This document shows, one piece after another, positions 48,874 through 58,743 of a DNA stretch of 64,000 bases. The translations under genes were made by a program, and so were the position numbers. Under the pieces are notes generated by a model, which was given only the letters and a program-made list of their open reading frames with translations, was not told the origin of the DNA and made no database searches. The stretch's first letter is position 1. Each line of letters starts with the position of its first letter. Origin of the DNA: Promethearchaeota archaeon (lineage in GTDB: Archaea; Asgardarchaeota; Lokiarchaeia; Sigyniarchaeales; SOKP01); the NCBI GenBank assembly GCA_048939995.1, contig JBHLOY010000006.1:79877-143876 (forward strand), written 5' to 3'.

Positions 48874-49408
48874 TTAAATCTCACCTTTTATTTGATCATC
48901 AAAATCCCCATTATCAATTTTTTTCTGAATTTCTCGTGGATCCTTTCCTTCAACAGTAGCCCCTATCGATAGCACTGTACCTAATACTGTTTTTAAGGAA
49001 TTTTTAAACGTTTTATCTAAGAATCTTTCTTTTTTAGCAATCGCAACAGCAATTACTTGTTCCAATGTTAAATTACCAATCTTTGTTTCTGAAGCTGAAG
49101 CACTTCCTTTCTCAACACCCAATTCTTTCAGAAGAAGGGATGCAGTACTTGGAGTTTCAACAAAAATTTCAAATTGCTTAGTTTCGGGATCACATTCAAT
49201 CCTAACTGGAACTGTTAATCCCTTAAAGATCATAGTTTTCTCATTGACAGCATCGACTACATCTTTAATGTTTATACCTGTTGGGCCTACGGCTGGACCT
49301 ATAGGTGGCCCTCCTGACGCATTCGGGGTTTATTCTAAATGAATATTAAATTATAACTCTCCCACCAGTCACAAGAGCCTTTACAATTAATTTTCCTTTA
49401 GTACTCAT
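48874..49408 (-). CDS. rpl11: Ribosomal protein uL11, split by a 37-nt intron: join(complement 49359..49408, 48874..49321), 165 aa
   Basis: ATG at 49408 after GGTGA SD; exon 1 MSTKGKLIVKALVTGG plus exon 2 ASGGPPIGPAVGPTGINIKDVVDAVNEKT..FKG..VPV; the ORF track shows only the C-terminal 119 aa. Confidence 0.9.
49322..49358 (-). other. Putative BHB (tRNA-endonuclease type) intron in uL11 mRNA
   Basis: TGGG/CCCG central helix, 3-nt bulges AG^A and AA^T, intron helix GTT/AAC and inner hairpin TATTC/GAATA; cleavage restores the frame. Confidence 0.82.
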
Positions 49409-49638
49409 GCAATTTCACCGTTTTGCTTGATTATTTAGTAAAAAAATATACTTAAAAGGTCAAGAACGTAAAATTAAATTCGTTGTCAATTTTTATTCCA
49501 ATATGTTTTATATCGAAACCGCTTTAATTTGCGTCCTAAGTCTTTTAAAAGTATATTTTGAACTTAGTATGAGAAAAAATGTATAAAAATTAATAAGTTT
49601 TATTATAATGTCTAAAGGGTCGAATAGAAATTTATAGG

Positions 49639-49839
49639 TTAAAATCTACAACATAATCTTCTGCCATAATCTAGATTTTTTTTAAAAAACTCATCTGATA
49701 AAAATTCCATAATTTGGTCATAATTAAAATTAGTTTTAAAGTTGGAATTTATCTGTTCAGGAATTTCCTTAACTTCTAACCCAGGAATGGCTATTAGTCT
49801 AAAGATTTCTTTTTTTATTTCTTCAGTTATTTCTTCCAT
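49639..49839 (-). CDS. Small hypothetical protein (possible HTH-like)
   Basis: 66-aa ORF in intergenic space, ends CCRF. Confidence 0.55.
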   Translation of the reverse strand: MEEITEEIKKEIFRLIAIPGLEVKEIPEQINSNFKTNFNYDQIMEFLSDEFFKKNLDYGRRLCCRF

Positions 49840-49903
49840 TATAAAATTGTTATTTATTTAGATAAATAAATGTGAGCCTTAATTTTAAAAATATATTTTA
49901 GAC

Positions 49904-50578
49904 CTAAGTTTCTTCTAAAATGACCTTGTGTGTGATTCTGCCAATTTTCTCAATCGATGCTTCAATTGTATCTCCTGGTTTAATAGGTGATATTCCACTT
50001 GGAGTCCCTGTTGCTATGATATCCCCTTTTTCTAAAGTCACAAATTTCGAGAGATATTCTAAAATTGCTGGGATTTTAAAAATCATATATTTAGTGTTGG
50101 AGGACTGTCTAACCTCATCGTTTACTTTTAATTCAATATCAAGATTATGGGGTTCTTGAATCTCATTAACATCTTTTATAATAGGACCTATAGGTGCGAA
50201 AGTATCAAAATTTTTACTTCTATACCATGGCAAATTAATATTTCTATCAGCTATTTGCATATTTCGAGCGGTTAGATCAAGAATTATGGTATAACCTTGA
50301 ATATATTCAAATGCAGATTTAGCTGGAATGTGTTTGCATTTCTGATTTATGATAAATGCAAGTTCAACCTCATGATCCACCCTATTAAACTCTTTATTGT
50401 CAAATAATATTTTTGGGTAAATGATTGACTCATTATTCATTATGAGTGTATTTATAGTTTTAACGAAGAAAACTGGTTCTTTAGGTATAGGCGCTTCTGT
50501 TTCTTTAATATGTTCTAAATAATTCCTTCCCAGACATAATATTTTTGTGGGATTAATTGAAATATTCCCAATTTTCAT
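49904..50578 (-). CDS. Fumarylacetoacetate hydrolase family protein (FAHD1-like)
   Basis: KILCLGRNY..H..E, P.FF.K, HEVEL, D.TAR, KNFDTF.P.GP, GDIIATGTP.G. Confidence 0.92.
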   Translation of the reverse strand: MKIGNISINPTKILCLGRNYLEHIKETEAPIPKEPVFFVKTINTLIMNNESIIYPKILFDNKEFNRVDHEVELAFIINQKCKHIPAKSAFEYIQGYTIILDLTARNMQIADRNINLPWYRSKNFDTFAPIGPIIKDVNEIQEPHNLDIELKVNDEVRQSSNTKYMIFKIPAILEYLSKFVTLEKGDIIATGTPSGISPIKPGDTIEASIEKIGRITHKVILEET

Positions 50579-50587
50579 CTTTAATAA

Positions 50588-51262
50588 TCACTCTCCTTCT
50601 AAAATTACTTTATTTGTAAGTGTACCAATGTTTTCGATTTTTGCTTCAATTAAATCACCTGGATTGATTGGACCAATACCTCCAGGGGTTCCGGTAGCGA
50701 TAATATCTCCTGACTCCATCGTAAAAAATTTACTAATATATTCTAATAATTTTGGAACTTTAAATAATAAATGTTTTGTGTTCGATGATTGTTTAATTTC
50801 TCCATTTACCTTTAATTCAATTTTTAGATTATGAGGATCTTCAATGCTTTTAACATCTCGTATAATTGGGCCTATAGGCCCAAATGTATCAAAAGATTTT
50901 GATCGGAACCAAGGTAACTTAGAAATTATATCTTTAGCTTGCATTTTACGTGCTGTAACATCATTAAATACGGTATATCCAAGAATATATTTATAAACAT
51001 CATTAGCAGCTACATACTTGCATCTAGTTTTTATAATGAATGCTAATTCAACCTCATAGTCAACTCGGTTATATTTGCGATTCTGATATAACCATTTAGG
51101 ATAAATAATTGGTTCTCTATCTAAGATCAAACAATTTGGAGTTTTAGGGAATAAAACAGGCTCTTTTGGGATTTCTAATTTTGTTTCTTCAATATGGTCC
51201 ATATAATTTGTACCAACGCAAATTATTTTAGTAGGTTCAATGACTTTATCTCCAATTTTCAT
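50588..51262 (-). CDS. Fumarylacetoacetate hydrolase family protein (tandem paralog)
   Basis: Same motifs; likely start MKIGDK at 51262 gives 224 aa, the same length as its neighbour. Confidence 0.92.
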   Translation of the reverse strand: MKIGDKVIEPTKIICVGTNYMDHIEETKLEIPKEPVLFPKTPNCLILDREPIIYPKWLYQNRKYNRVDYEVELAFIIKTRCKYVAANDVYKYILGYTVFNDVTARKMQAKDIISKLPWFRSKSFDTFGPIGPIIRDVKSIEDPHNLKIELKVNGEIKQSSNTKHLLFKVPKLLEYISKFFTMESGDIIATGTPGGIGPINPGDLIEAKIENIGTLTNKVILEGE

Positions 51263-51444
51263 GACCTCATTTATCTCCTTAAGATAATTACATTTTAACA
51301 ACAAAAACATTCTAATCTTTACTATTTGAAGAAAAACCAACTATATGCATCTAAATAACGTTTAAATTTTAAAGATAATTAATTTTCAGAAAAGTATAAT
51401 TGGTATTGAAAATATATTTTATAGATTAATTATATAACATTTTA

Positions 51445-52002
51445 ATGATTATGAGTGAGAGAGATACTAGATTCACGTTAAAAGTTGCAATGTGCGCAAT
51501 TTTTATAGCTTTAGGAGTTGTGTTAAGTTATTTTAATCCTTTTGCATATATTTTAATATTTGGTACTAGAATTAATCCTTTTGCCCATCTTATCAACGCT
51601 ATGACAGGTGTTTTAATAGGTATAAGTTTTTCATGCACTACTGCTTTAGGAATAGCAATAATACGATTTTCAGCAGGTATAGGGACAATACATGCTTTTC
51701 ATGGAGGAATTTCAGGAGCATTTATAGTAGGTATTATTGCTTACTATTTAAGAAAAAAGAAACCTGAATATAGTAATTTATCAGCTCTATGTGAACCAAT
51801 TGGTACTGTCTTTATAGGAGGGACTATTGCATATTTAATCGCGCCTATTGGTGAATCTATAATAGCAGGATTAATTACTTATTGGTGGTTATTCTTTTTA
51901 AGTTCTCTTACAGGGAGCATTATAGGTTTTGTAATTTTGATATTGTTGAAGAGGGTAGGATATAGTTGGGAAACCTTTTTTTTTAAATTAAATACCGTTT
52001 AA
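51445..52002 (+). CDS. thiW: ECF S component ThiW (thiazole precursor uptake)
   Basis: P..H.IN...GV..G, IR...G.GT..AF.G...GA, EPIGT..IG. Confidence 0.85.
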   Translation: MIMSERDTRFTLKVAMCAIFIALGVVLSYFNPFAYILIFGTRINPFAHLINAMTGVLIGISFSCTTALGIAIIRFSAGIGTIHAFHGGISGAFIVGIIAYYLRKKKPEYSNLSALCEPIGTVFIGGTIAYLIAPIGESIIAGLITYWWLFFLSSLTGSIIGFVILILLKRVGYSWETFFFKLNTV

Positions 52003-52011
52003 ATCCTTTTT

Positions 52012-52596
52012 ATGAGATCATTAAATAATTTTGAGTTTCAGAAATTTATTGGGCAACATACTCTATTATATGGAGAAAATAATACTCAAAAAACCTATTT
52101 AACAGCAAAATTTGTGGAATTTCTATTTAATTTAAAAGAGTTTAAGCCTAAAGAAATTTCTATTTTAGATTTTGCCCCAAAATTAACTTACATTAACAAT
52201 TTAAAAGTAGGAGGCCTAATTAAAGACTGTTTCAAGGATAGTAAAAAATGTAATTATATTAAATTCAAGGGAGAAATAATACCCCCTCGACTAAAAGCAA
52301 GAAATAAAGACGAGTTATATAAAAATTTATGTCATAATTATAAAATAGTGTCAAATATCTTACAAAAATTTAATGAAAATCCTTCCTCTATTTTAATAAT
52401 GAACGATATATCAATTTACCTCCATTTGGGAAGTAAGAATTACATTTTAAATACAATTTTAAAAACAAATACCTTTTTTGGTAATTCATACTACGGATAT
52501 TCGATTAAAAAAGATTTTTCAAAGCTATTAACTATTAAAGAGCGCAAACGAGTTGAGTTTTTAGCTAGGAGACTGAAAAATGCAATAAAAACATAA
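52012..52596 (+). CDS. Hypothetical P-loop-like protein
   Basis: TLLYGENNTQKT (degenerate Walker A), ILDFAP, PPRL, ND.SIYLH. Confidence 0.6.
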   Translation: MRSLNNFEFQKFIGQHTLLYGENNTQKTYLTAKFVEFLFNLKEFKPKEISILDFAPKLTYINNLKVGGLIKDCFKDSKKCNYIKFKGEIIPPRLKARNKDELYKNLCHNYKIVSNILQKFNENPSSILIMNDISIYLHLGSKNYILNTILKTNTFFGNSYYGYSIKKDFSKLLTIKERKRVEFLARRLKNAIKT

Positions 52597-52756
52597 TTTT
52601 TCCAAAAAAACCCCACGCATAAAAAAATCTAAAATTCTAAGAGTATTTTCAAAAATATCATAGAATCTCACTCTTTTTATAAAAAATTAGGGATAGACTT
52701 AAATTTTTAACAAATAAATTTTATAAATATAAATTTTAATGTTTTTACGATAAAAA

Positions 52757-54262
52757 ATGAATGAAATTCATGATTTTTCTGTAATGAAGGATGGATTAAA
52801 TTATAAATACTATGTCAATGGAAAATGGAAAGTATCAGATTCGGGTAAAATTACTGCTATTTACAATCCTTATAATAATGATTTAATTGGATATGTTCAA
52901 GCGTGTAGTAAAAAAGATGTTGATGAAGCGGTTAATTGCGCTAAAGAAAATGTAGATTGCTGGGAAAACACACCATCAAAAGATAGAATTGATGTTTTAA
53001 GAAAAGCAGCAGATTTAATGATGAAATGGGCCGAACCTATAGGAAAAATTCTTATGCAAGAAATAGGGAAACCATTAAAGATCGCTATTTCTGAAATTAG
53101 AAGAACTGCAGATATTTTTAATGCAACAGCAGATGCTGGCTCTCAAATAGTAGGTGAAACAATTATGGGAGACGCATTTAAAGGTTTTAATAAAGACAAA
53201 ATATCAATGACTTATAGAATCCCCTTAGGAGTTGTATTATGTATAGGACCATTCAATTATCCTTTTAATTTAACAGGTTCAAAAATTGCTCCAGCACTCG
53301 TAGCAGGTAATAGTGTTATTGTAAAACCACCAAGTGAAGGTGCTATAACGCCATTACATTTTGGTGTAATTTTAGAGAAAGCAGGTCTCCCCCCAGGTGT
53401 ATTTAATATTATTACAGGACGCGGTTCAGAAATTGGAGATTATTTAACCGGGCATCCAAAGATAGATATGATAGGTTTTACAGGATCTTCAGAAACAGGT
53501 AAGCATCTTTCTAAGGTAGCAGGAATGAAACCTTTATTATTAGAACTTGGTGGAAAAGATGCTGCTATAGTTCTTGATGATGCTGATTTAGAATTAGCTA
53601 TTAAAGCTATAGTAAAAGGCGCATTTTCTTTTAGCGGACAAAGATGCACTGCAGTTAAAAGGGTTTTACCAATGCCAAGAATCGCGGATATTTTAGTAGA
53701 AAAAGTTACCAAAGAAGTATTGAATTTAAGTATTGGGAATCCCGCAGAAAATATGACAATAGGACCTTTAATAAATTCACAAAGATGCGATTACGTTCAA
53801 GGATTAATTGATGATGCTTTGAGTAAGGGAGCCACTTTAAAATGTGGAAATAGAAGAGAAGGGAATATAATGTGGCCAACTATTCTTGATAATGTAACAA
53901 CAGATATGCGGGTAGCATGGGAGGAACCATTCGGTCCCGTATTACCTTTCATTCGTATTCGTAGCGCTGAAGAAGCAATTGATATTTCAAATAAATCAGA
54001 GTATGGATTACAAGGTATGATTTTTACTAATAATATTGATCTGGCGTTTAATATCGCTCAAGAATTAGAAGTTGGGACAGTTCAAATAAACGGTCAGAGT
54101 GAGAGAGGACCTGATCATTTTCCATTTTTAGGAACTAAATCCTCTGGATTGGGGACTCAAGGTATCAAATATTCAATAGAGGCGATGAGTCGTCCTAAAG
54201 TTGTGGTTATGAACTTAAGTGAGAAAGGGAAATTAATTCATGAGTGTAGGGTAGATAATTAA
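52757..54262 (+). CDS. gapN: Non-phosphorylating NADP-dependent glyceraldehyde-3-phosphate dehydrogenase (ALDH family)
   Basis: PFNYP.NL.GSKIAPAL, LELGGKD, FSGQRCTAVKR, WEEPFGPVLP, RGPDHFPFLG.K.SG.G.QG. Confidence 0.88.
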   Translation: MNEIHDFSVMKDGLNYKYYVNGKWKVSDSGKITAIYNPYNNDLIGYVQACSKKDVDEAVNCAKENVDCWENTPSKDRIDVLRKAADLMMKWAEPIGKILMQEIGKPLKIAISEIRRTADIFNATADAGSQIVGETIMGDAFKGFNKDKISMTYRIPLGVVLCIGPFNYPFNLTGSKIAPALVAGNSVIVKPPSEGAITPLHFGVILEKAGLPPGVFNIITGRGSEIGDYLTGHPKIDMIGFTGSSETGKHLSKVAGMKPLLLELGGKDAAIVLDDADLELAIKAIVKGAFSFSGQRCTAVKRVLPMPRIADILVEKVTKEVLNLSIGNPAENMTIGPLINSQRCDYVQGLIDDALSKGATLKCGNRREGNIMWPTILDNVTTDMRVAWEEPFGPVLPFIRIRSAEEAIDISNKSEYGLQGMIFTNNIDLAFNIAQELEVGTVQINGQSERGPDHFPFLGTKSSGLGTQGIKYSIEAMSRPKVVVMNLSEKGKLIHECRVDN

Positions 54263-54263
54263 A

Positions 54264-55103
54264 ATGATTAACTTAAAAGATAAAACATTATTCATCACAG
54301 GCGCAAGTCGAGGCATAGGTAAAGCAATAGCCATGAGAGCTGCCCAAGATGGGGCAAAAATTGCTGTAGTGGCCAAAACCGCGGAACCAAATCCTAAATT
54401 ACCTGGAACAGTATATAGTGCTGTTGAAGATATTAATAATACTGGTGGTAAAGGTCTTGCTTGTATAGCAGATATTAGATTTGAAGAACAAGTTCAAACA
54501 GCCGTGGATGCTACTATCAAAGAATTTGGGGGGATTGATATCTTAGTTAACGATGCAAGTGCTATAAGTTTAACACCAACGTTGGATACTGACATGAAGA
54601 GATTTGATCTTATGTTTTCAGTTAATTTACGCGGTACATTTTTATGCTCAAAATTATGTCTTCCCTATTTGAAAAAATCTGAAAACCCACACATTCTAAA
54701 TCTGTCTCCGCCCTTAAATATGGATCCAAAATGGTTTACTCATCATGTTGCTTACACAATGTCCAAATACGGAATGAGTATGTGTGTGTTAGGTATGGCT
54801 GAAGAATTTAAAAAGGAAGGAATTGCAGTTAATGCTCTCTGGCCTCGTACAGCTATAGCTACCGCTGCGGTTAAAAATTTATTGGGAGGAGATGCAACAA
54901 TAAGACATTCAAGAAAACCAGAGATTGTTGCTGATGCAGCTTATTTAATATTAACAAAACCTAGTAAAGAATGTACAGGAAACTTTTTCATAGATGATGA
55001 AATTTTAATTGAACATGGTATTACAAATTTAGAAAAGTACTCAGTAGTCCCTGGTTCTAAGCTTATTCCAGATTTCTTTCTTTATGGGGGAGGACAAACT
55101 TAA
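54264..55103 (+). CDS. Short-chain dehydrogenase, HSDL2-like
   Basis: ITGASRGIG, AKTAEP.PKLPGT, HILNLSPPL, YTMSKYGMS, ALWP.T.IATAA. Confidence 0.9.
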   Translation: MINLKDKTLFITGASRGIGKAIAMRAAQDGAKIAVVAKTAEPNPKLPGTVYSAVEDINNTGGKGLACIADIRFEEQVQTAVDATIKEFGGIDILVNDASAISLTPTLDTDMKRFDLMFSVNLRGTFLCSKLCLPYLKKSENPHILNLSPPLNMDPKWFTHHVAYTMSKYGMSMCVLGMAEEFKKEGIAVNALWPRTAIATAAVKNLLGGDATIRHSRKPEIVADAAYLILTKPSKECTGNFFIDDEILIEHGITNLEKYSVVPGSKLIPDFFLYGGGQT

Positions 55104-55232
55104 CTTAATTGATAAAGATATGACTTAAAACTGATTAATTACTACCTCATTACCTCAATAATAAATTTAATAATAGTTATAACTCTAGAAATAAATAACA
55201 GCAATTAAAATTACCAATTAAGTGAGAATAAT

Positions 55233-55871
55233 TTGAAAAAGATAGTTCTTTTTGGTCCTCCTGGAGCGGGAAAGGGGACTTTTTCAGCCCAAATTAAGCA
55301 AGCTTTACCAAAAGTAGTCCACATTAGCACAGGAGACATTTTTAGAGAAAATTTGAAAAATGAAACTACTTTAGGTTTGAAAGCCAAAACTTTTATGGAA
55401 AAGGGAGAATTAGTACCAGATAATATCGTTATTGAAATGATAAAGGATCGAATGAATAAAAAAGACGTTAAAAAAAATGGATTTGTACTAGATGGTTTTC
55501 CACGTACTTTATCCCAAGCAGAGGCGTTATCAGATATAACCAACATAGATTTTGTGTTATTATTAAAAGTAGATGAGGATATTATAATTAAAAGAATTCT
55601 TGGTAGATATTCATGTCCAGATTGCGGTGAACTCTATAATAAATATTTTATGAAGCCAAAGAAAGAAGATATATGTGATAAATGTGGAGCATCGATAAAA
55701 TTTGAGCAAAGAAGCGATGATAATGAAGAAATTTTAAGAAACCGTCTCGATGTATATAAAGAAAATGCCAAACCTCTCCTTGACTATTATAAAAAAAAAG
55801 GAAAAGTCAAAGAAATTAATTATGAAAATAAATTAACTGAAAAAGAAGTTAAAAACGTATTAGAACTATAA
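55233..55871 (+). CDS. adk: Adenylate kinase (bacterial type, Zn-LID)
   Basis: GPPGAGKGT, HISTGD.FR, GF.LDGFPRT, CPDC..CDKC, QRSDD. Confidence 0.93.
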   Translation: MKKIVLFGPPGAGKGTFSAQIKQALPKVVHISTGDIFRENLKNETTLGLKAKTFMEKGELVPDNIVIEMIKDRMNKKDVKKNGFVLDGFPRTLSQAEALSDITNIDFVLLLKVDEDIIIKRILGRYSCPDCGELYNKYFMKPKKEDICDKCGASIKFEQRSDDNEEILRNRLDVYKENAKPLLDYYKKKGKVKEINYENKLTEKEVKNVLEL

Positions 55872-55902
55872 CTATTTTTAACTTTCTTCATTTTATCATA
55901 TT

Positions 55903-56655
55903 ATGAGCATTAATATTTGCATTTCAATTCCAATTAAATCTAATAGCATAAACGAAATTAAAATAGTAGTAGATAAAGCTTTAACATTCAATCCTGAGTT
56001 TATCGAATTTAGATTTGATTATATTAATAAAATCGAATATTTAACAGAGAATTTTGTAAAACAATTAAAATCTTTAATTGAAAGTAAATGCTATTCTATT
56101 TTTGTCCTTAGAGATATTTCTGAAGGAGGAAAAGCTAAACTTGAGAAGTCCCAAAGGATAAAACTGTTAAAAATGCTGATTAAAACTAAACCAGACTTCT
56201 TCGATATCGAAATGAACTCAGATTTACAAACTCTTAGTGACATTATTAGCTTGTCTTTTATGACAAAAGTTAATTTATTTTTCTCTTATCATAATCTTGA
56301 AGAAACTCCAGATTTCGAGAGCTTAAAAGAGATAATTTTAAGGTTCGAAGAAAAAGTAATTAAAAATAATATGAATGAGTTTGACATTCTAGATAAGAGT
56401 GTATATAAATTAACGTTTAAAGCCAATAATTTTGAAGACAACATAATTCCTTTAAAAATTTGTCAAGAGTTATCAAAAAATAATAAAAAGATTATATCCT
56501 TCTGCATGGATGATATAGGAATTTTCTCAAGATTGATGTGTGTAAAGTTAGGTTCATTTTTAACTTATGCTGCTTTGGATGAACAGACAGCACCAGGACA
56601 AATTCATGTAAAAATAATGCAAGAATTATATGAAATATTCTCAAATAATAAATGA
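55903..56655 (+). CDS. aroD: 3-dehydroquinate dehydratase type I
   Basis: EFRFD, R..SEGG, SYH...TP, FCM...G..SR, TAPGQ. Confidence 0.9.
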   Translation: MSINICISIPIKSNSINEIKIVVDKALTFNPEFIEFRFDYINKIEYLTENFVKQLKSLIESKCYSIFVLRDISEGGKAKLEKSQRIKLLKMLIKTKPDFFDIEMNSDLQTLSDIISLSFMTKVNLFFSYHNLEETPDFESLKEIILRFEEKVIKNNMNEFDILDKSVYKLTFKANNFEDNIIPLKICQELSKNNKKIISFCMDDIGIFSRLMCVKLGSFLTYAALDEQTAPGQIHVKIMQELYEIFSNNK

Positions 56656-56690
56656 ATATATGCTTAAAATTAAAATATTAACTACCAATA

Positions 56691-57902
56691 GTGATTTATA
56701 TGGTTGTGTATTTCGCATTTTTATTCCATGTATATCAACCCCCAGTGCAAATACCGCAAGTAATTAAACAGATTGTCAATGAATCATATAAACCGATTAT
56801 TAATGCATTAGAAAATCACACGCATACCAAAATTACACTTAATATTAATGGTTCATTGACTGAGCAACTCCATGATTTTGGATATGATGATCTAATTCAA
56901 TCTATAATTATGTGTGCTAATAGAGGCCAAATTGAATTCACAGGTTCAGCAAAATTCCATCCAATCCTACCTCTCATTCCACAACCGGAGATTAGACGCC
57001 AAATTAAGCTGAATGATGAAACTAATCAATTTTTCTTTGGAAAACTTTATTCACCTCGCGGTTTTTTCCCTCCTGAAATGGCTATTTCTGAAGATGTTTT
57101 TAGAGTAGTAAAAAAATTAGGATTTGATTGGGTAATTCTTAGTGGAATCGCAAATATGCTTCCAGATTTTCCAATCAACTATATTTCTTTACATAAGAAT
57201 GGTCTTAAGTTAATATTTAGAGACGATTATATCTCAATTGATTGTGCATTTAATAAAATAAATAATGTAGATGCTTTCATTAATCGTTTGAAATACAAAA
57301 ATACGAATGAGGATATGTATATAACCTTAGCCTTTGATGGTGAGACTTTTGGGCATCATGTTAAACATGCTATTAAGGATTTCTTAATCCCACTATTTGA
57401 AACACTACCTTACAGAGAGGATGTAAAGCTTTGTACTGTCTCTGAAATCATTGATAAGTTTCCAACTAAATATAAACAAGTACCTCGTGAATCTAGTTGG
57501 TCAACATTGCCTTATGATCTAGCGCAAGATGTACCGTTTCCGTTATGGTTCGATCCCAATAACGAAATACATAGAGAACAGCATCGTTTTTTTATGTATG
57601 CGTTAACTTTGATCAATTTGTCTGCAAAATATAGAGAAAGTATGGATGAAGAAAAAAAAGAGATCTTTGAAAATGCCCGAAATTTGCTTGATAGAGGAAT
57701 TTATAGCTGTCAACAGTGGTGGGCATCACAAAAACCATGGTATAATCCTGATATGATATTACGTGGATTAAATGAGGTTTTAATGGGCAGTGTTAATGCA
57801 AAAAGAAGTATTCCCGATAGCAATCCAGAAATTATAGAAGTTATGGAACTAATCATGAAAGATATGTTAAAAGCCCATAATAAAATTATATTATCTATAT
57901 AA
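56691..57902 (+). CDS. Glycoside hydrolase family 57
   Basis: H.YQP, SY.P, HPILPL, GFFPPEMA, DGETFGHH, SSWS. Confidence 0.9.
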   Translation: MIYMVVYFAFLFHVYQPPVQIPQVIKQIVNESYKPIINALENHTHTKITLNINGSLTEQLHDFGYDDLIQSIIMCANRGQIEFTGSAKFHPILPLIPQPEIRRQIKLNDETNQFFFGKLYSPRGFFPPEMAISEDVFRVVKKLGFDWVILSGIANMLPDFPINYISLHKNGLKLIFRDDYISIDCAFNKINNVDAFINRLKYKNTNEDMYITLAFDGETFGHHVKHAIKDFLIPLFETLPYREDVKLCTVSEIIDKFPTKYKQVPRESSWSTLPYDLAQDVPFPLWFDPNNEIHREQHRFFMYALTLINLSAKYRESMDEEKKEIFENARNLLDRGIYSCQQWWASQKPWYNPDMILRGLNEVLMGSVNAKRSIPDSNPEIIEVMELIMKDMLKAHNKIILSI

Positions 57903-57946
57903 AAAATAGGAAAAAGAAAAATAGCTAAGAATAGAAAAGTTCTTTA

Positions 57947-58120
57947 TTAACTCTTATCAAAGATGTTCCCGCAACTACCGCATTTTATTCTCTTTTTATA
58001 AACAGGAGTTCCCTGCATAGAAAAATAAAGTACTTGAGTCTTATCTGGCTCTTCATGAAGCTTCCTAGGGTTCTCTTCTCCACATTCAGAACATTTAAAC
58101 CTTTTGTATGTTTCTGTCAT
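57947..58120 (-). CDS. Small zinc-ribbon protein (57 aa, below ORF-track cutoff)
   Basis: Hand translation MTETYKRFKCSECGE...PVYKKRIKCGSCGNIFDKS. Confidence 0.75.
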   Translation of the reverse strand: MTETYKRFKCSECGEENPRKLHEEPDKTQVLYFSMQGTPVYKKRIKCGSCGNIFDKS

Positions 58121-58161
58121 ATTCTACGATCTAAATTTCTTTATAAAATAGTAAGAATTCT

Positions 58162-58743
58162 TTAATTTAAATGTAGTTTTTTGAGAATTTTTATTTTAGT
58201 GATAATTTCATCTACTATTTCTTTTTTATTTCTATTTGTAGTATCTATAATAATATCAGCTGCAATTTTATAAAATGGTTCTCTATAATGTAATATTGAT
58301 TCTATTTCTCTTTTAAGATTATCTTTATTTATTAAAGGCCGCTTTTCTTTCCCATTCTTCATTATCCTATAGCAAAGTTCATCAGTACTTGCAGTTAGTA
58401 GTATTAAAAGACAATTTCTTTTCAAATTCTTAATATTTTTATTGTTTAGGACTATACCTCCACCACATGAGATTATAGCTTTTTTTAGTTTTGAAACTTT
58501 CTTACAAGCTTTAATTTCATATTCTCTAAATTTTTGTTCTCCATCTTCTCTAAAAATCTGATTTATTGATTTCCCAGCCATTCTTATTACCATCTGATCA
58601 GTTTCTATGAATTGATAGGTATTACCTAAGCATCTTGCAAGTTCCTTTCCAATTAATGTTTTTCCAGTTGCCATGAATCCAATAAGTGCAATTGAATCTT
58701 TGTTCATAATTAACTCAGTTTTTTGAATAAATAATACCTTCAA
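58162..58743 (-). CDS. aroK: Shikimate kinase (bacterial AroK type)
   Basis: LIGFMATGKT, IF...GE..FR..E, GGG, RPL, R...Y; likely start 58707. Confidence 0.92.
   Translation of the reverse strand: MKVLFIQKTELIMNKDSIALIGFMATGKTLIGKELARCLGNTYQFIETDQMVIRMAGKSINQIFREDGEQKFREYEIKACKKVSKLKKAIISCGGGIVLNNKNIKNLKRNCLLILLTASTDELCYRIMKNGKEKRPLINKDNLKREIESILHYREPFYKIAADIIIDTTNRNKKEIVDEIITKIKILKKLHLN

Noticed and set aside
48874-49233. uL11 as a 119-aa protein or a pseudogene
   Set aside because: The conserved N-terminus with SD and ATG exists upstream, and the interruption is a precise BHB whose removal restores the frame.
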